Assembly: GCA_965215605.1 (NCBI GenBank) | Contig: OZ244070.1 | Location: 2,560,001 to 2,624,000 of the forward strand | Origin: an uncultured Candidatus Binatia bacterium | GTDB lineage: Bacteria; Desulfobacterota; Binatia; UBA9968; JAJDTQ01 | DNA: 64,000 bases | Direction: 5' to 3' | Shown: positions 46,531-57,189 of the stretch, in pieces | Numbering within the stretch: position 1 is the first letter of the stretch | Layout of the letters: every line of letters begins with the position of its first letter | Made by a program: the position numbers and the translations under genes | Notes under the pieces: generated by a model | Told to the model about the DNA's origin: nothing | Seen by the model: only the letters and a program-made list of their open reading frames with translations | The model's database searches: none

Positions 46531-46555
46531 GCCGATTTCTTATCATACGGCCCGA

Positions 46556-47344
46556 ATGTCCGGCAAACGAACCTCTCCCGCACCGTCCCGTCCCGGCCGG
46601 CTGCTCGCCCCGGAGCGCCGTGGACCCGACGGCATCGTGTACGAAACGGATGCCCTCTCCCGGGGTTTCCGGCGCATCGCGGGCGTGGACGAGGCCGGGC
46701 GGGGGCCTCTGGCGGGCCCGGTGGTGGCCGCGGCGGTGGTGTTCGAGCCCGGCGCCTTCAATCCCGACATCAGGGATTCGAAGCTCCTGAGCGCCCGGAA
46801 GCGCGAGCGCCTGGCGGACTGGATCAAGGAGCGGGCCACGTCCTGGGCCGTTGGGGTGGCCGATCCGGGGGAGATCGACCGCCTCAACATCCTGCGCGCG
46901 AGCCTCGTCGCCATGGCCCGGGCGGTCCGGGGCTTGGTCGTTACGCCGGACTACCTCATGATCGACGGCCCCTACGGCATTCCCGCCGCCAGCCTGGTGG
47001 AGGACGGCGGTCCGTGGACGGCGCCGCCGGCGCAGCGGACCGTCAAGGGCGGCGACCGGCTGTGCTTCTCCATTGCGGCGGCGTCCATCATCGCCAAGGT
47101 GGCCCGGGACCGCATGATGGTGGAGTTGGACTCCCAATACCCGGAGTATGGTTTCGCCAGCCACAAGGGTTACCGCAGCCGCCGCCACGCGGACGCCTTG
47201 GACCGCTACGGCCCCTGTCCGGTCCATCGCCGCAGCTTCAAGCCGGTGCGGGAATCACTGGAGCAGCGTGCGCCGGGCGCCGTCCAGCCCGCGCCGGAAG
47301 GCTTGCCGGTGCCGCTCTTTGGTGCCAGAAATAGGGATGGGTGA
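46556..47344 (+). CDS. rnhB: Ribonuclease HII
   Basis: GVDEAGRGPLAGPV, DSK, IAAASIIAKV.RD, HKGY. Confidence 0.96.
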   Translation: MSGKRTSPAPSRPGRLLAPERRGPDGIVYETDALSRGFRRIAGVDEAGRGPLAGPVVAAAVVFEPGAFNPDIRDSKLLSARKRERLADWIKERATSWAVGVADPGEIDRLNILRASLVAMARAVRGLVVTPDYLMIDGPYGIPAASLVEDGGPWTAPPAQRTVKGGDRLCFSIAAASIIAKVARDRMMVELDSQYPEYGFASHKGYRSRRHADALDRYGPCPVHRRSFKPVRESLEQRAPGAVQPAPEGLPVPLFGARNRDG

Positions 47345-47708
47345 TGGACGGAAGTCCCTGGGCAAGACCGGAGAAGATATCGCCGAGCGCTACCTCAAAC
47401 GGCAGGGTTACGCCGTGGTCGAACGCAATTTCCGGTGCCCCTTGGGCGAAATCGATTTGATCGCCGTCAACAAGCAAGCCGTCGTGTTCGTGGAGGTGAA
47501 GACCCGCAGGGTGGACACGTCCGGCGCCCCGTTGGAATCGGTCAACGCCGTCAAGCAGCGCCGGTTGAAGCGCGCCGCCCTTCACTATCTCAACAAGCAC
47601 CGTCTGCATGACCGGGACGTCCAGTTCGATGTCGTTGGCATATCGCTCGGGTCGAATCCGCCGGCGGTTCGGCATGTCCGTCATGCGTTCGACTTTTCGG
47701 AGGAGTAG
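47337..47708 (+). CDS. yraN: YraN/UPF0102 family putative endonuclease
   Basis: GE.IA..YL, GEIDLI, FVEVKTR, FDVV. Confidence 0.9.
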   Translation: MGDGRKSLGKTGEDIAERYLKRQGYAVVERNFRCPLGEIDLIAVNKQAVVFVEVKTRRVDTSGAPLESVNAVKQRRLKRAALHYLNKHRLHDRDVQFDVVGISLGSNPPAVRHVRHAFDFSEE

Positions 47709-47743
47709 CAGGGGGCGCGGGTTCTGTTCACGAGAAGGGATGA

Positions 47744-49027
<1,284 letters not shown>

Positions 49028-49077
49028 CGGCGGCCCCTCCGCACTTCGTGATTCCTGACTGTCTCGGGTTCCCTCAC

Positions 49078-49108
49078 CCGTCATGCCGGGCTTGACCCGG
49101 CATCCAGG
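49078..49108 (+). repeat. REP-like palindrome, CCGTCAT..ATCCAGG family
   Basis: CCGTCATGCCGGGCTTGACCCGGCATCCAGG. Confidence 0.75.
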
Positions 49109-49149
49109 CCCTGGACCACCAGGATCGTTCAGGAGTCGCCACGGTTTCT

Positions 49150-50406
49150 TCAGGACTCCCAGATCGCACTGACCGGCATGGTGAACAACTTGGGCCCCAC
49201 CTGCTGGATTCGGTCGCCGTCGTGAAGGACGATGCCACAGGCAAACCGCCGGCCCGTGGCCTCCTCCAGGCGAGCCAAGCCCTTGAAGTCACGCGGATGG
49301 ACGGTGGCGCCTGCCTTGACCTCGATGCCGACGATCTTGTCCGGCAACCGCTCCAGGACCAGATCGACCCCCAACTGATCCTTGTCGCGGTAGTGGGAGA
49401 CGAACATCCGCTGATCGGACAGGGCGGCTGCCTTCGCGATTTCGGAATAGACAAGGCATTCCAGCAGCGGTCCCAGTTGCTGCCGGTCGCGGGCGATAGT
49501 GGCGGCATCGACCCGCCGAAGCGCGGCCAGCAGGCCCGGGTCCAGAAACTGAAGTTTAGGCCGTTTGACCAAACGCTTCAGCTCGTTGCGGTGCCACGCG
49601 TAGACCCGCCGGACGAGAAACATGTGCTCGAACAGGCTCAACCAACGATCGACGGTCTTGCCATCGATCCCCAGATGGGACCCTGTCCGGCTCATGTTGA
49701 GCAATTGACCCGAAGAGACGGCGGCGTGGTCGAGTAGCCGGGCCATCGCGTCCTGCTTTGTGATGCTCGCGATATCGGACACGTCGCGCTCGGCGAGCGA
49801 GAGGGCATAGGACCGCAGCCAACTCCTGCGCCGCGCCGGGACCAATCGAGAGAGGGCTTCGGGAAAACCGCCGGCGAGAATGCGCTGGGTCAGGTTGGTT
49901 GTGGCGCCCGCTGTCGCGAGTTTCGAAAAATCTCCGGCGAACGCCCGCTCCAGAAAACCGGGCGCTTCGCTCCGGGCGATCTCGGCTTGAGAAAAGGGCA
50001 GCAACTCAATGGTCTCGACGCGGCCTGCCAGCGAATCGGGAGAAATCGCGGCTCTGAAGAGGTCCACCGATCCGGTGATCAGATAGCGTCCCGGCCGAGG
50101 GTCTTCGTCAACCGCCTGCTTGATGGCGAGGATCAGTGCGGGCGCCCGCTGAATCTCGTCGATGACCACCGCCGGGTTGCGGCGTACGAAGCCGATGGGA
50201 TCGTCTTCGGCGAATCTCCTGTACTGCTCGTCGTCCAGGGTGATGAACGGGCGGCCGTCGTCACCCGCGATGCGGCGTGCCAGGGTCGTCTTGCCGGACT
50301 GTCGCGGACCGACAACGGCGACGATGCGGGTGTCCGCGAGCGCCTCGCGGACCCGCGCCTCCGCATGCCGGGGCACGTACTTTTCGCCTGTCGTCCGGTT
50401 CGGCAT
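49150..50406 (-). CDS. AAA_14 ATPase with DUF4143 and C-terminal PD-(D/E)xK-like domain
   Basis: GPRQSGKT, IDEIQ, TGS, LAGR, GGFP, PKL.F.D.GL, YRD....VD..IEVK. Confidence 0.9.
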   Translation of the reverse strand: MPNRTTGEKYVPRHAEARVREALADTRIVAVVGPRQSGKTTLARRIAGDDGRPFITLDDEQYRRFAEDDPIGFVRRNPAVVIDEIQRAPALILAIKQAVDEDPRPGRYLITGSVDLFRAAISPDSLAGRVETIELLPFSQAEIARSEAPGFLERAFAGDFSKLATAGATTNLTQRILAGGFPEALSRLVPARRRSWLRSYALSLAERDVSDIASITKQDAMARLLDHAAVSSGQLLNMSRTGSHLGIDGKTVDRWLSLFEHMFLVRRVYAWHRNELKRLVKRPKLQFLDPGLLAALRRVDAATIARDRQQLGPLLECLVYSEIAKAAALSDQRMFVSHYRDKDQLGVDLVLERLPDKIVGIEVKAGATVHPRDFKGLARLEEATGRRFACGIVLHDGDRIQQVGPKLFTMPVSAIWES

Positions 50407-50411
50407 GATGG

Positions 50412-50499
50412 CGTCCTGAATGGAGTCCTGTTTCGTCCAACTCGGAGTATAATAACGTCCAAATCAGAATATAGCACCGTCCAATCCGGATTCAAACCA
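50412..50499. repeat. Four phased 22-bp degenerate direct repeats
   Basis: CGTCC at 50412, 50434, 50456, 50478; consensus CGTCCaa.tcGGA.T. Confidence 0.85.
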
Positions 50500-50722
50500 T
50501 CGGCAATTTGTCTCGACAGGCTCGGAACGAGATCGTAATCGGTAACCGGACAAAGACCCGGCGGAGTGGAACTCCTCGTACATCACCCAGCCCGGGCCGT
50601 TCGTCGCCCTGGTGCGTGATTTCTTCTCGCGCGGCGAGGCCTTCATCGTCAATCCGGGTGACGAACAGGCCGGTGTGATGGCGGCGCCCCGCCAGCCGTC
50701 CCCGTAACCGGCGACCGCCGGG

Positions 50723-51343
50723 CTACTTCCGCCGCAAGCCCGGATCCGTGAGGGTGGTGTCCTGTCCCGGCGGCGTTTCGTCGAGCGCCTCTTCGAGCGA
50801 GGGTCTCGGCGCCCACTCCTCGGGCGGCCGCGCCTCGCCGTCCCAGTCCACCTGATCGAGACCCCAGAAGATTTCCAGGCTGTGGCCGTCCGGGTCGCAA
50901 AACTCCACCGATACCTGGCAGCCGGCCCGCCGGCGGCCGTGGAAATCGATGGGCACGTCGTGCTTCTCGAGGTGCTCCCGGGCGCGGAAGACGTCGTCAA
51001 GGGTGGGGACCTCGAAGGCCAGGTGATGCAGTTCCCGGCCCCCGGAAACCTCGCCGTCCCGGCCGACCAGGCCGAGGCCGTGGTGGTCCCGGTTGAAACG
51101 CATGAAGACCATCCGGCCGGGGACCATGCTTTCGGGATAGACGTCGGAAACCTTGAAGCCGAGCACCTGAGTATAGAATCGGACTGACGCGTCGATGTCC
51201 CGGACCACCAGCACGGCGTGTCCCATGTTGCCGATGGGGAAGGGCATGTCCGACGGCGGCTGCACGCCTTTCATCGCCTCGACCGCGGGACTGTGCAGCC
51301 CGTCCAGATCGAGCTTGCCTCGTTGGGTCATGTTCTTGGCCAT
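50723..51343 (-). CDS. VOC/glyoxalase family protein
   Basis: GHAVLVVRD...S..FY..VLG, HHLAF, F.DPDGH.LE. Confidence 0.88.
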   Translation of the reverse strand: MAKNMTQRGKLDLDGLHSPAVEAMKGVQPPSDMPFPIGNMGHAVLVVRDIDASVRFYTQVLGFKVSDVYPESMVPGRMVFMRFNRDHHGLGLVGRDGEVSGGRELHHLAFEVPTLDDVFRAREHLEKHDVPIDFHGRRRAGCQVSVEFCDPDGHSLEIFWGLDQVDWDGEARPPEEWAPRPSLEEALDETPPGQDTTLTDPGLRRK

Positions 51344-51472
51344 GGCGGATTTTCCTCCATCAGGGTGCGATTGTAACGTGATGCGGCTATACTATCGACG
51401 GTTCAACTGTTATTGTCGGGTGCCCTTTGCGGCGGCCGCGGGCGCCGTCACGATCAACCGTGGGAGGCTATC

Positions 51473-52786
51473 ATGAGTTTCGTACCTCATACCAGGTTCA
51501 TGGCCTTGGCTGTCGCCGGCGTCGTGCTGTTCGGCGCCGGCGCCGCCGTGGCGCAGACCGTCAAGGTGGCGGTTCCAACGTTCCTTACCGGCGGGGGCGC
51601 GCCGACCTACGGCGTCCCGGCCAAGAACGGCGTGGAGCTGGTGGTCCGCGCCATCAACGAAGGCACCCTGCCGGCGCCCTACAACAGTGTGGGGATGGCG
51701 GGCCGCAAGGTGGATCTGGTGGTGTACGACGAAAGCGGCGGCGGCACCAAGCAGGTCACGGAGCTGCGCAACAAGGTGCAGAAGGAGGGCGTGGACGTCG
51801 TGGCCGGCTACATCTCCTCCGGGAGCTGCGCCGCCATCGCCCGGGTGGCCGAGGAGCTTAAGGTCCTGACCCTTCTGTCGATATGCGGCACGCCGCGCAT
51901 CTTCGAGGAGCTGGTGAAGGAGCCGAAGTACCTCTTCCGGATCATCAACCACAGCACCGGCGGCAACGTGGGCGCCGCCCACTACGTCGTCAGGAAGCTC
52001 CGGGGCGAGCTCAAGGACGGCTACATGGGCATCAACCAGAACTACGCCTGGGGCCAGGATGCCTGGCGCGATTTCAACCTGGCCATGCAGACCCTGTCGC
52101 CGGAGTTCAAGCCCGCCAAGAAGCAACAGTTCCCCAAGCTGTTTTCCGGCCAGTACGGCACCGAGATCTCGGTGCTGCTCAGGGCCAAGGAGAAGCTGGT
52201 GCACTCGAGCTTCTGGGGAGGCGACCTCGAGGCCTTCATCGCCCAGGGTTCGGCCAGGGGACTGTTCAAGCGCAAGAAGTTCGTCCTCCCGGTGGGCGAG
52301 ATCACGGCCCACCGGCTCGGCAAGAAGTTCCCGAAGGGTCAGCTCGCGCGCGGTCCCTACGGATTGTACGCGGAGGGTATCGACACCCCGCTCAACAAGT
52401 GGTTCCGGAGCGAATTCCGCAGGATATACAAGCAGTCGCCTTCGTCGCCGGCCTATCACTACGCCGACAGCATCGTGGCAGCCAAGTACGCCTACGACAC
52501 GGCCATGAAGGCCAACGGCGGCAAGTTCCCGTCCACGGATCAGGTGATCAGGGCGCTGGAGCACGCCACCTTCGACATCCTCGCCGCCAAGGTCAGGATG
52601 GCCCTCGGCAAGGGTCATCAGGCGGTCACCTCGGACCGCTGGGGCTATGCCGAGTGGGACGATGCCAAGGGCGAGATCGTGGTCCGGGACGTGGTGGAGT
52701 TCAAGGCCGAGTGCGTGAACCCGCCGGAAGGGGTCAACGCGGCGGACTGGGTCAAGGGCGGCATGAAGGGCGCCAAGTGCGACTGA
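51473..52786 (+). CDS. Branched-chain/amide-type ABC substrate-binding protein
   Basis: signal peptide, GYISSG, NQNYAWG; upstream of LivH/LivM-type permeases. Confidence 0.85.
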   Translation: MSFVPHTRFMALAVAGVVLFGAGAAVAQTVKVAVPTFLTGGGAPTYGVPAKNGVELVVRAINEGTLPAPYNSVGMAGRKVDLVVYDESGGGTKQVTELRNKVQKEGVDVVAGYISSGSCAAIARVAEELKVLTLLSICGTPRIFEELVKEPKYLFRIINHSTGGNVGAAHYVVRKLRGELKDGYMGINQNYAWGQDAWRDFNLAMQTLSPEFKPAKKQQFPKLFSGQYGTEISVLLRAKEKLVHSSFWGGDLEAFIAQGSARGLFKRKKFVLPVGEITAHRLGKKFPKGQLARGPYGLYAEGIDTPLNKWFRSEFRRIYKQSPSSPAYHYADSIVAAKYAYDTAMKANGGKFPSTDQVIRALEHATFDILAAKVRMALGKGHQAVTSDRWGYAEWDDAKGEIVVRDVVEFKAECVNPPEGVNAADWVKGGMKGAKCD

Positions 52787-52812
52787 GCGGCGCCCCGGTC
52801 TAGTGTCTTCGT

Positions 52813-52851
52813 GACTCGGGCGCCACAGTGCGGCGCCCGAGTCTGTTTCTT
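52813..52851 (+). terminator. Intra-operon hairpin with T-rich tail after the binding-protein gene
   Basis: GACTCGGGCGCC / GGCGCCCGAGTC then TGTTTCTT. Confidence 0.6.
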
Positions 52852-52875
52852 TCATTCCCGCGCACGGGGGAACCT

Positions 52876-53778
52876 TTGGATCCCGAGCTCCTACTCATCA
52901 TCCTCGTTGACGGACTCGTCTACGGTTCCTACCTGTTCATGGTAGCGGTGGGCTTGACCGTCATCTGCGGCGTCCAGAAGCTCCTCAACGTCACCCACGG
53001 CTCCCTGTATGCCTTCGGCGCCTATCTCACGGCGACGCTGCTGATCCTCTATTTCCGGGTGGATTGGCCGCAGTTCGGCGCGTTCGCGGTGATGCTGTTC
53101 GCCGCGCTTTTCCTGGGCGTGGTGTTCGGCGTCATCATCGAGCGCGGCCTGCTCCGGCACCTCTATCACGAGGATGAGCACATCATCGTGCTCGCCACCT
53201 TCGCGGCCTTCCTGGTGCTTGAGGACGTGCTGTTGCTGATCTGGGGCACCGACCCCTATCTCGCCCCGGAACCTCTGGGTTTGCTGGGCCAGACGGAGAT
53301 CGCCGGGCTGCCCTTCGACAACTACAGCCTGTCCACGGTGCTCTTGTCGGCCGTGATCGCCGCGGCGCTCTGGTACGGACTCAAGCGCACGCAGTTCGGC
53401 AAGCTGCTGCTGGCGGTGATTCATGACCGGGAGCTGGCCCAGGCCATGGGCATCAACGTCAACCGGGTCTTTCTCCTGACCTTCATGCTGGGTTCGTTCC
53501 TGGGCGCCCTGGGCGGCGCCTATCAGGCGCCGGCGATCTCGGTCCAGCCGGGGATCGGCGTGGAGGTGATCGTGCTGGCCTTCGCGGTGGTGGTCATCGG
53601 CGGCATGGGCAGCATTCCCGGCGCCCTCATCGGCTCGGTGATCGTGGGCGTGGCCCGGGCCTTCGCGGTGCACCAGGAGCCGGCCCTGGAGCTGTTCGTC
53701 ATCTACATGATCATGGCCGCGGTGCTCATCGTCCGGCCGCAGGGGCTGTTCGCGCCGGCCAAGCCGAGGACCATATGA
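52876..53778 (+). CDS. LivH-type ABC permease
   Basis: LN.THG.LY..GAY, A.GIN, VVIGGMGS..GA, RPQGLF. Confidence 0.9.
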   Translation: MDPELLLIILVDGLVYGSYLFMVAVGLTVICGVQKLLNVTHGSLYAFGAYLTATLLILYFRVDWPQFGAFAVMLFAALFLGVVFGVIIERGLLRHLYHEDEHIIVLATFAAFLVLEDVLLLIWGTDPYLAPEPLGLLGQTEIAGLPFDNYSLSTVLLSAVIAAALWYGLKRTQFGKLLLAVIHDRELAQAMGINVNRVFLLTFMLGSFLGALGGAYQAPAISVQPGIGVEVIVLAFAVVVIGGMGSIPGALIGSVIVGVARAFAVHQEPALELFVIYMIMAAVLIVRPQGLFAPAKPRTI

Positions 53779-54761
53779 GCTGGCGCCAGGACAAGACGCT
53801 CTGGGGCCTCACCCTCGGCCTCGCCGCGCTGCTGCTGCTCAACTTCGCGGTGCCGGAGTGGTTCCGCAGCATCCTCACGCTTTCCTTGGCCCGGGGCTCG
53901 GTGGCGCTGGGCCTCCTGGTGCTCTGGCGCTGCGGGCTGATCTCCTTCGGCCACGCGCTTTACTTCGGCTTCGGGGCTTACACCGTGGGGCTCATGGGCC
54001 GGTACCTGGGCATCACCGACGCCTTCCTGACCATCGCCTGCGGTGTGGCGACGGCCGGGCTGCTGGCTTTTCTGCTGGGTTTCCTGCTGCGGCAGTACCG
54101 GGGCATCTTCTTCGCCCTGCTGAACATGGCGTTCTCCATGATACTCTACGGCGTCCTGGCCAAGCTCGAGGAGCTGGGGTCCACCGACGGCATCAGCCTG
54201 GAGACGACGACCTATCTCTGGTACGCGCCCCTGGGCGCCGAGAACAAGACGGCGCTGTTCATCTTTGCGGCGGTCCTGACTTGGGGCGTGGCGGTGCTGG
54301 TGCACCTCTACCTGCGCTCCACCCTGGGCAACATGACCACGGCCGTGCGCGAAAACGAGATCCGGCTGAGCTATCTGGGGTATTCGGCCGAGCGGGCCGT
54401 CCACGCCAAATACGTCGTCTCCGGGCTCCTGGGCGGTTTTGGCGGTACCATCGCGGTGCTCACCATCGGCCACGTGGACCCGGACTCCATGGTGTACTGG
54501 CCGGTGTCCGGGGACTTCGTCTTCATCGCCATCCTGAGCGGCGCCGGCAACGTGGTCGCACCCTTCATCGGCGCGTTGATGTACGAGCTGATCCGTACCT
54601 ACGCCTTCGACCAGTTCCCGGGCATCTGGCAACTCATCATGGGCGGAACGCTCCTCGCCATCATCATGTTCCTGCCCAACGGGTTGTGGTCGCTGGTGGA
54701 GCGGCGGCGGAGCGGGGCGGGATCGGGCACGGCGCTTCCGGCCGGGAAAAAAGAGGCATAG
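53775..54761 (+). CDS. LivM-type ABC permease
   Basis: SFGHALYFGFGAY, RENE.R, FLPNGL. Confidence 0.9.
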   Translation: MSWRQDKTLWGLTLGLAALLLLNFAVPEWFRSILTLSLARGSVALGLLVLWRCGLISFGHALYFGFGAYTVGLMGRYLGITDAFLTIACGVATAGLLAFLLGFLLRQYRGIFFALLNMAFSMILYGVLAKLEELGSTDGISLETTTYLWYAPLGAENKTALFIFAAVLTWGVAVLVHLYLRSTLGNMTTAVRENEIRLSYLGYSAERAVHAKYVVSGLLGGFGGTIAVLTIGHVDPDSMVYWPVSGDFVFIAILSGAGNVVAPFIGALMYELIRTYAFDQFPGIWQLIMGGTLLAIIMFLPNGLWSLVERRRSGAGSGTALPAGKKEA

Positions 54762-54766
54762 CGGTC

Positions 54767-56218
54767 ATGTCCGCCGTCCTGGAAGTCCACGATCTCGAGA
54801 AGTCCTTCGGCGCGGTGGTGGCCGCACACGACATCAACGTCGTGGTGGAGGAGGGCGAGACCATCGGGGTCATCGGCGCCAACGGTGCCGGCAAGACCAC
54901 CTTCGTCAACCTGGTCACCGGCCATCTGCCGCCCGGCGGCGGCACCGTGGAGTTCATGGGCCGCAGCATTGTCGGGCTCTCGGTGCGGGCCATCACGCGC
55001 CTGGGCCTTTGCCGCTCCTTTCAGGTGCCCCAGGTCTTCCTCTCGGAGACCGTCTTCGACAACCTGATGATGGCCTTCGGCGTCGCCGAGGAGGGTGGGG
55101 CGGGCCTGCTGACGCCGCTCATGGAGGAGGAGCGGGCGGCACGGGTGGAAGCCCATCTGGCCCGCTACCAGATCGCGGAGTACCGGGACGTCGTCGGCTC
55201 CGCGTTGCCCCAGGGCATACGCAAGCTCCTGGACATCGCCATGGCCACGGTGCGCAAGCCCAGGCTGCTCATGCTCGACGAGCCCACCAGCGGCATCAGC
55301 GCGGAAGAGAAGTTCGCGATCATGGATATCCTCATGCAGGCGCTGAAGGAGGAGCATACCACCGTGCTGTTCATCGAGCACGACATGGAGATCGTCGAAC
55401 GCTACGTGGACCGCGTGCTCGCCTTCTACCAGGGGGAGATCATCTGCGACGCCCCCACCGCGGAGGCGATGCGGGACGAAGGCGTGCGGGAGTATGTGCT
55501 GGGCCACGGTCATGACGCGGGCACGGAAGCGCCGCCGGCGGTAGCGGGGCGTTCCTCGTCCGGGGAGGAGGCCCTCGCCGTCAGCGGCCTCGACGTGAGC
55601 ATCGATGCCACCCGGATCCTGCGCGGGGTCCATTTGAACGTCCCGTCGGGATCCATGTGCGGCCTCATCGGCCGCAACGGCGCAGGCAAGACCACCTTCA
55701 TGCGCGCGGTCATGGGCGCGCTGTCGATCCAGCGGGGCAGCGTCCGTCTCGGCGATGTCGACCTGGGCGCGACCCCGGCCCATCGCCGCGCGCACCTCGG
55801 CATCGGCTTCATGCCCGAGGACCGCCGGCTGGTGCCCGAGCTGACCGCCGAGGAGAACATCCTGTTGCCCGTCTGGGCCACCGGCGCGGACAACGCCCGG
55901 GACCGCCTCCGGTGGATCTACGGCCTCATGCCCGAGGTCGAGGAGTTCCGCCGCCGCGGCGCCACCGCCCTGTCCGGAGGCCAGCAGAAGTTCGTCGCCT
56001 TCGCCCGCGCCCTGATGTGCGGCACCAGGCTGTTGCTGCTCGACGAGCCCGGCGAAGGCATCGCCCCGATCTTCGCCCAGCGCATGGTTGAAATTCTGGA
56101 CGACCTCAAGAAGGAGGGAGCCTCGGTGTTGGTGGCCGAGTCCAACGATGTCCACGTCGCCAGGCTCCTCGACCGGACCTTCGTCATCGAGCGCGGCAGC
56201 ATCGTGGACGGCAGGTAG
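54767..56218 (+). CDS. Fused LivG-LivF double ABC ATPase
   Basis: two Walker A motifs (GANGAGKT, GRNGAGKT) and two LDEP motifs in one frame. Confidence 0.88.
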   Translation: MSAVLEVHDLEKSFGAVVAAHDINVVVEEGETIGVIGANGAGKTTFVNLVTGHLPPGGGTVEFMGRSIVGLSVRAITRLGLCRSFQVPQVFLSETVFDNLMMAFGVAEEGGAGLLTPLMEEERAARVEAHLARYQIAEYRDVVGSALPQGIRKLLDIAMATVRKPRLLMLDEPTSGISAEEKFAIMDILMQALKEEHTTVLFIEHDMEIVERYVDRVLAFYQGEIICDAPTAEAMRDEGVREYVLGHGHDAGTEAPPAVAGRSSSGEEALAVSGLDVSIDATRILRGVHLNVPSGSMCGLIGRNGAGKTTFMRAVMGALSIQRGSVRLGDVDLGATPAHRRAHLGIGFMPEDRRLVPELTAEENILLPVWATGADNARDRLRWIYGLMPEVEEFRRRGATALSGGQQKFVAFARALMCGTRLLLLDEPGEGIAPIFAQRMVEILDDLKKEGASVLVAESNDVHVARLLDRTFVIERGSIVDGR

Positions 56219-56350
56219 AGGATGGGGAATGACGAAGGGGAAACCGAATTTTTTGAATGCAACGGCATAAACCGTGGGTTGACGTGCTTCATGCGGGAAC
56301 TTGTGTTAGTTATTGTCTGTAGCAGGAGAAAGGGAAGAGGGACGTATTGA

Positions 56351-57172
56351 ATGCAAAGACGAAACCTTGATTGTTTGAATGTGACCTTGTTCTCCGGTGT
56401 CACGGCCGGTGCAGTAATCGGGTTGCCGGCCTACGGGTACTTTTATGGTTATTCCTGGGTCGATTGGAGCATGTTCGTGATGCTCTACATCATCACGGGA
56501 CTAGGCATCACCGTGGGTTACCATCGCTTGCTGTCTCATCGAAGTTTTGCTTGCACCAATTGGGTGAAAGGCGGTCTTTTGATCGCGGGCGGATGGGCGC
56601 TACAGAACTCAGGCCTCAAATGGAGCGCAGATCATATCCGCCATCATGCCCGGTGCGACCAGGAAGAAGATCCCTACAGTGCCATGCGGGGATTCTGGTA
56701 CAGTCACTGTGGCTGGCTGTTCTGGGCGGACCCCCACAGAGACGACAAATTCGCCCGCAAGCTGCAGCAGGACGCCGTAGTGATGTGGCAACATCGCTAC
56801 TACATCCCCATCGTCCTTTCCGGCCTGGCGCTTCCCTTCGTGGTGGGCTTTTTGTACGACGGCTGGCTTGGGGGACTGGGATGTTTCCTGCTCGCCGGAG
56901 TCGGGCGGACCTTCTTCGTCTTGAACTCCACGTTTTGCATCAATTCCATTTGCCACCTGTGGGGTACCCAACCGCATGGAGCAACCGATTCCAGTCGTGA
57001 CAGTTGGTGGGTCTCGCTAATCACCTTCGGAGAGGGATACCACAACTATCACCACCGGTTTCAGGGCGACTATCGGAACGGCCGGAAGTGGTACAATTTC
57101 GATCCGTCGAAATGGTTCATCTACAGTCTTTCCCTCGTGGGGCTCACCAGTTCCTTGCGCCGATTTTCCTGA
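56351..57172 (+). CDS. Delta-9-type fatty acid desaturase
   Basis: His boxes HRLLSH, HIRHH, HNYHH; lower GC than flanks. Confidence 0.92.
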   Translation: MQRRNLDCLNVTLFSGVTAGAVIGLPAYGYFYGYSWVDWSMFVMLYIITGLGITVGYHRLLSHRSFACTNWVKGGLLIAGGWALQNSGLKWSADHIRHHARCDQEEDPYSAMRGFWYSHCGWLFWADPHRDDKFARKLQQDAVVMWQHRYYIPIVLSGLALPFVVGFLYDGWLGGLGCFLLAGVGRTFFVLNSTFCINSICHLWGTQPHGATDSSRDSWWVSLITFGEGYHNYHHRFQGDYRNGRKWYNFDPSKWFIYSLSLVGLTSSLRRFS

Positions 57173-57189
57173 TCGTCTCGGACAAGCTC

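Noticed and set aside
50412-50499. 22-bp array as a CRISPR array
   Set aside because: No unique spacers of CRISPR length, repeats are degenerate, and no cas genes are present
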